A stretch of 64,000 nt of DNA from Candidatus Latescibacterota bacterium (GTDB taxonomy: Bacteria > Latescibacterota > UBA2968 > SICM01). Positions within the stretch are counted from its first letter, which is position 1. The number at the start of each line of letters is the position of its first letter. The notes below the pieces were generated by a model. The model did no database searches, was not told the DNA's origin, and saw only the letters and a program-made list of their open reading frames with translations. The DNA is taken from assembly GCA_965217865.1 (NCBI GenBank), contig CBDCJO010000001.1, forward strand, positions 592,011-656,010, given 5' to 3'. Shown here piece by piece: positions 63,820 through 64,000 of this stretch. The position numbers and the translations under genes were made by a program.

Positions 63820-64000
63820 CGCCACCAGCGGGCGCTTCCCCACGGCGAGGTTGCATGCGCAATAGAGGCGGTGCAGGCTTCGGATAGCTTCTCTGGCCGC
63901 GAAGCTGGCCTTCGAGTTCCTGGTGCTGACGGCGTGCCGTTCGGGCGAGGTCCGCCTGGCCCGGTGGGACGAAATCGACCTGGAAGCCCGCCAGTGGACC
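63820..64000 (+). pseudogene. Tyrosine integrase internal fragment (continues past the window)
   Basis: KLAFEFLVLTACRSGEVRLARWDEIDL..WT (box I Arg). Confidence 0.8.

Noticed and set aside
900-64000. Integron cassette array or diversity-generating retroelement as the cause of the mosaic
   Set aside because: No IntI, no recurrent attC-like sites, no reverse transcriptase, and no adenine-specific TR/VR pair (the mod duplicate has only three synonymous changes).

Overview
Bacterial window (roughly 55-60% GC by eye) in three parts. (1) 1-14.3 kb is an eroded accessory region: IS481, IS630, IS3 and IS1380 elements, many truncated gene fragments, a lower-GC pair of orotate-phosphoribosyltransferase-like genes and a partial poly-zinc-ribbon gene. 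(2) 14.6-28.0 kb is a mostly intact metabolic block (aldolase, D-aminoacylase, oxidoreductases, SolA, MetE-like and pterin methyltransferases, FGE protein) ending at tRNA-Asn(GTT); its intergenic gaps hold several REP/MITE families. (3) 28.0-64 kb is a tRNA-anchored defence island and mobile-element graveyard. Its intact genes include a type III R-M pair, a DUF5131/TcmP pair, a TIR protein, a PaeR7I-like type II R-M pair and a coupled Panacea/SocA-like plus proteasome-beta-like pair, among dozens of abruptly joined fragments. The best novelty candidates are the Panacea-like/proteasome-like pair (60.7-61.9 kb) and a tandem array of hollowed-out Y1-transposase relics (15.4-16.3 kb). All family calls come from motif recognition by eye, with no database searches, and fragment boundaries are approximate.
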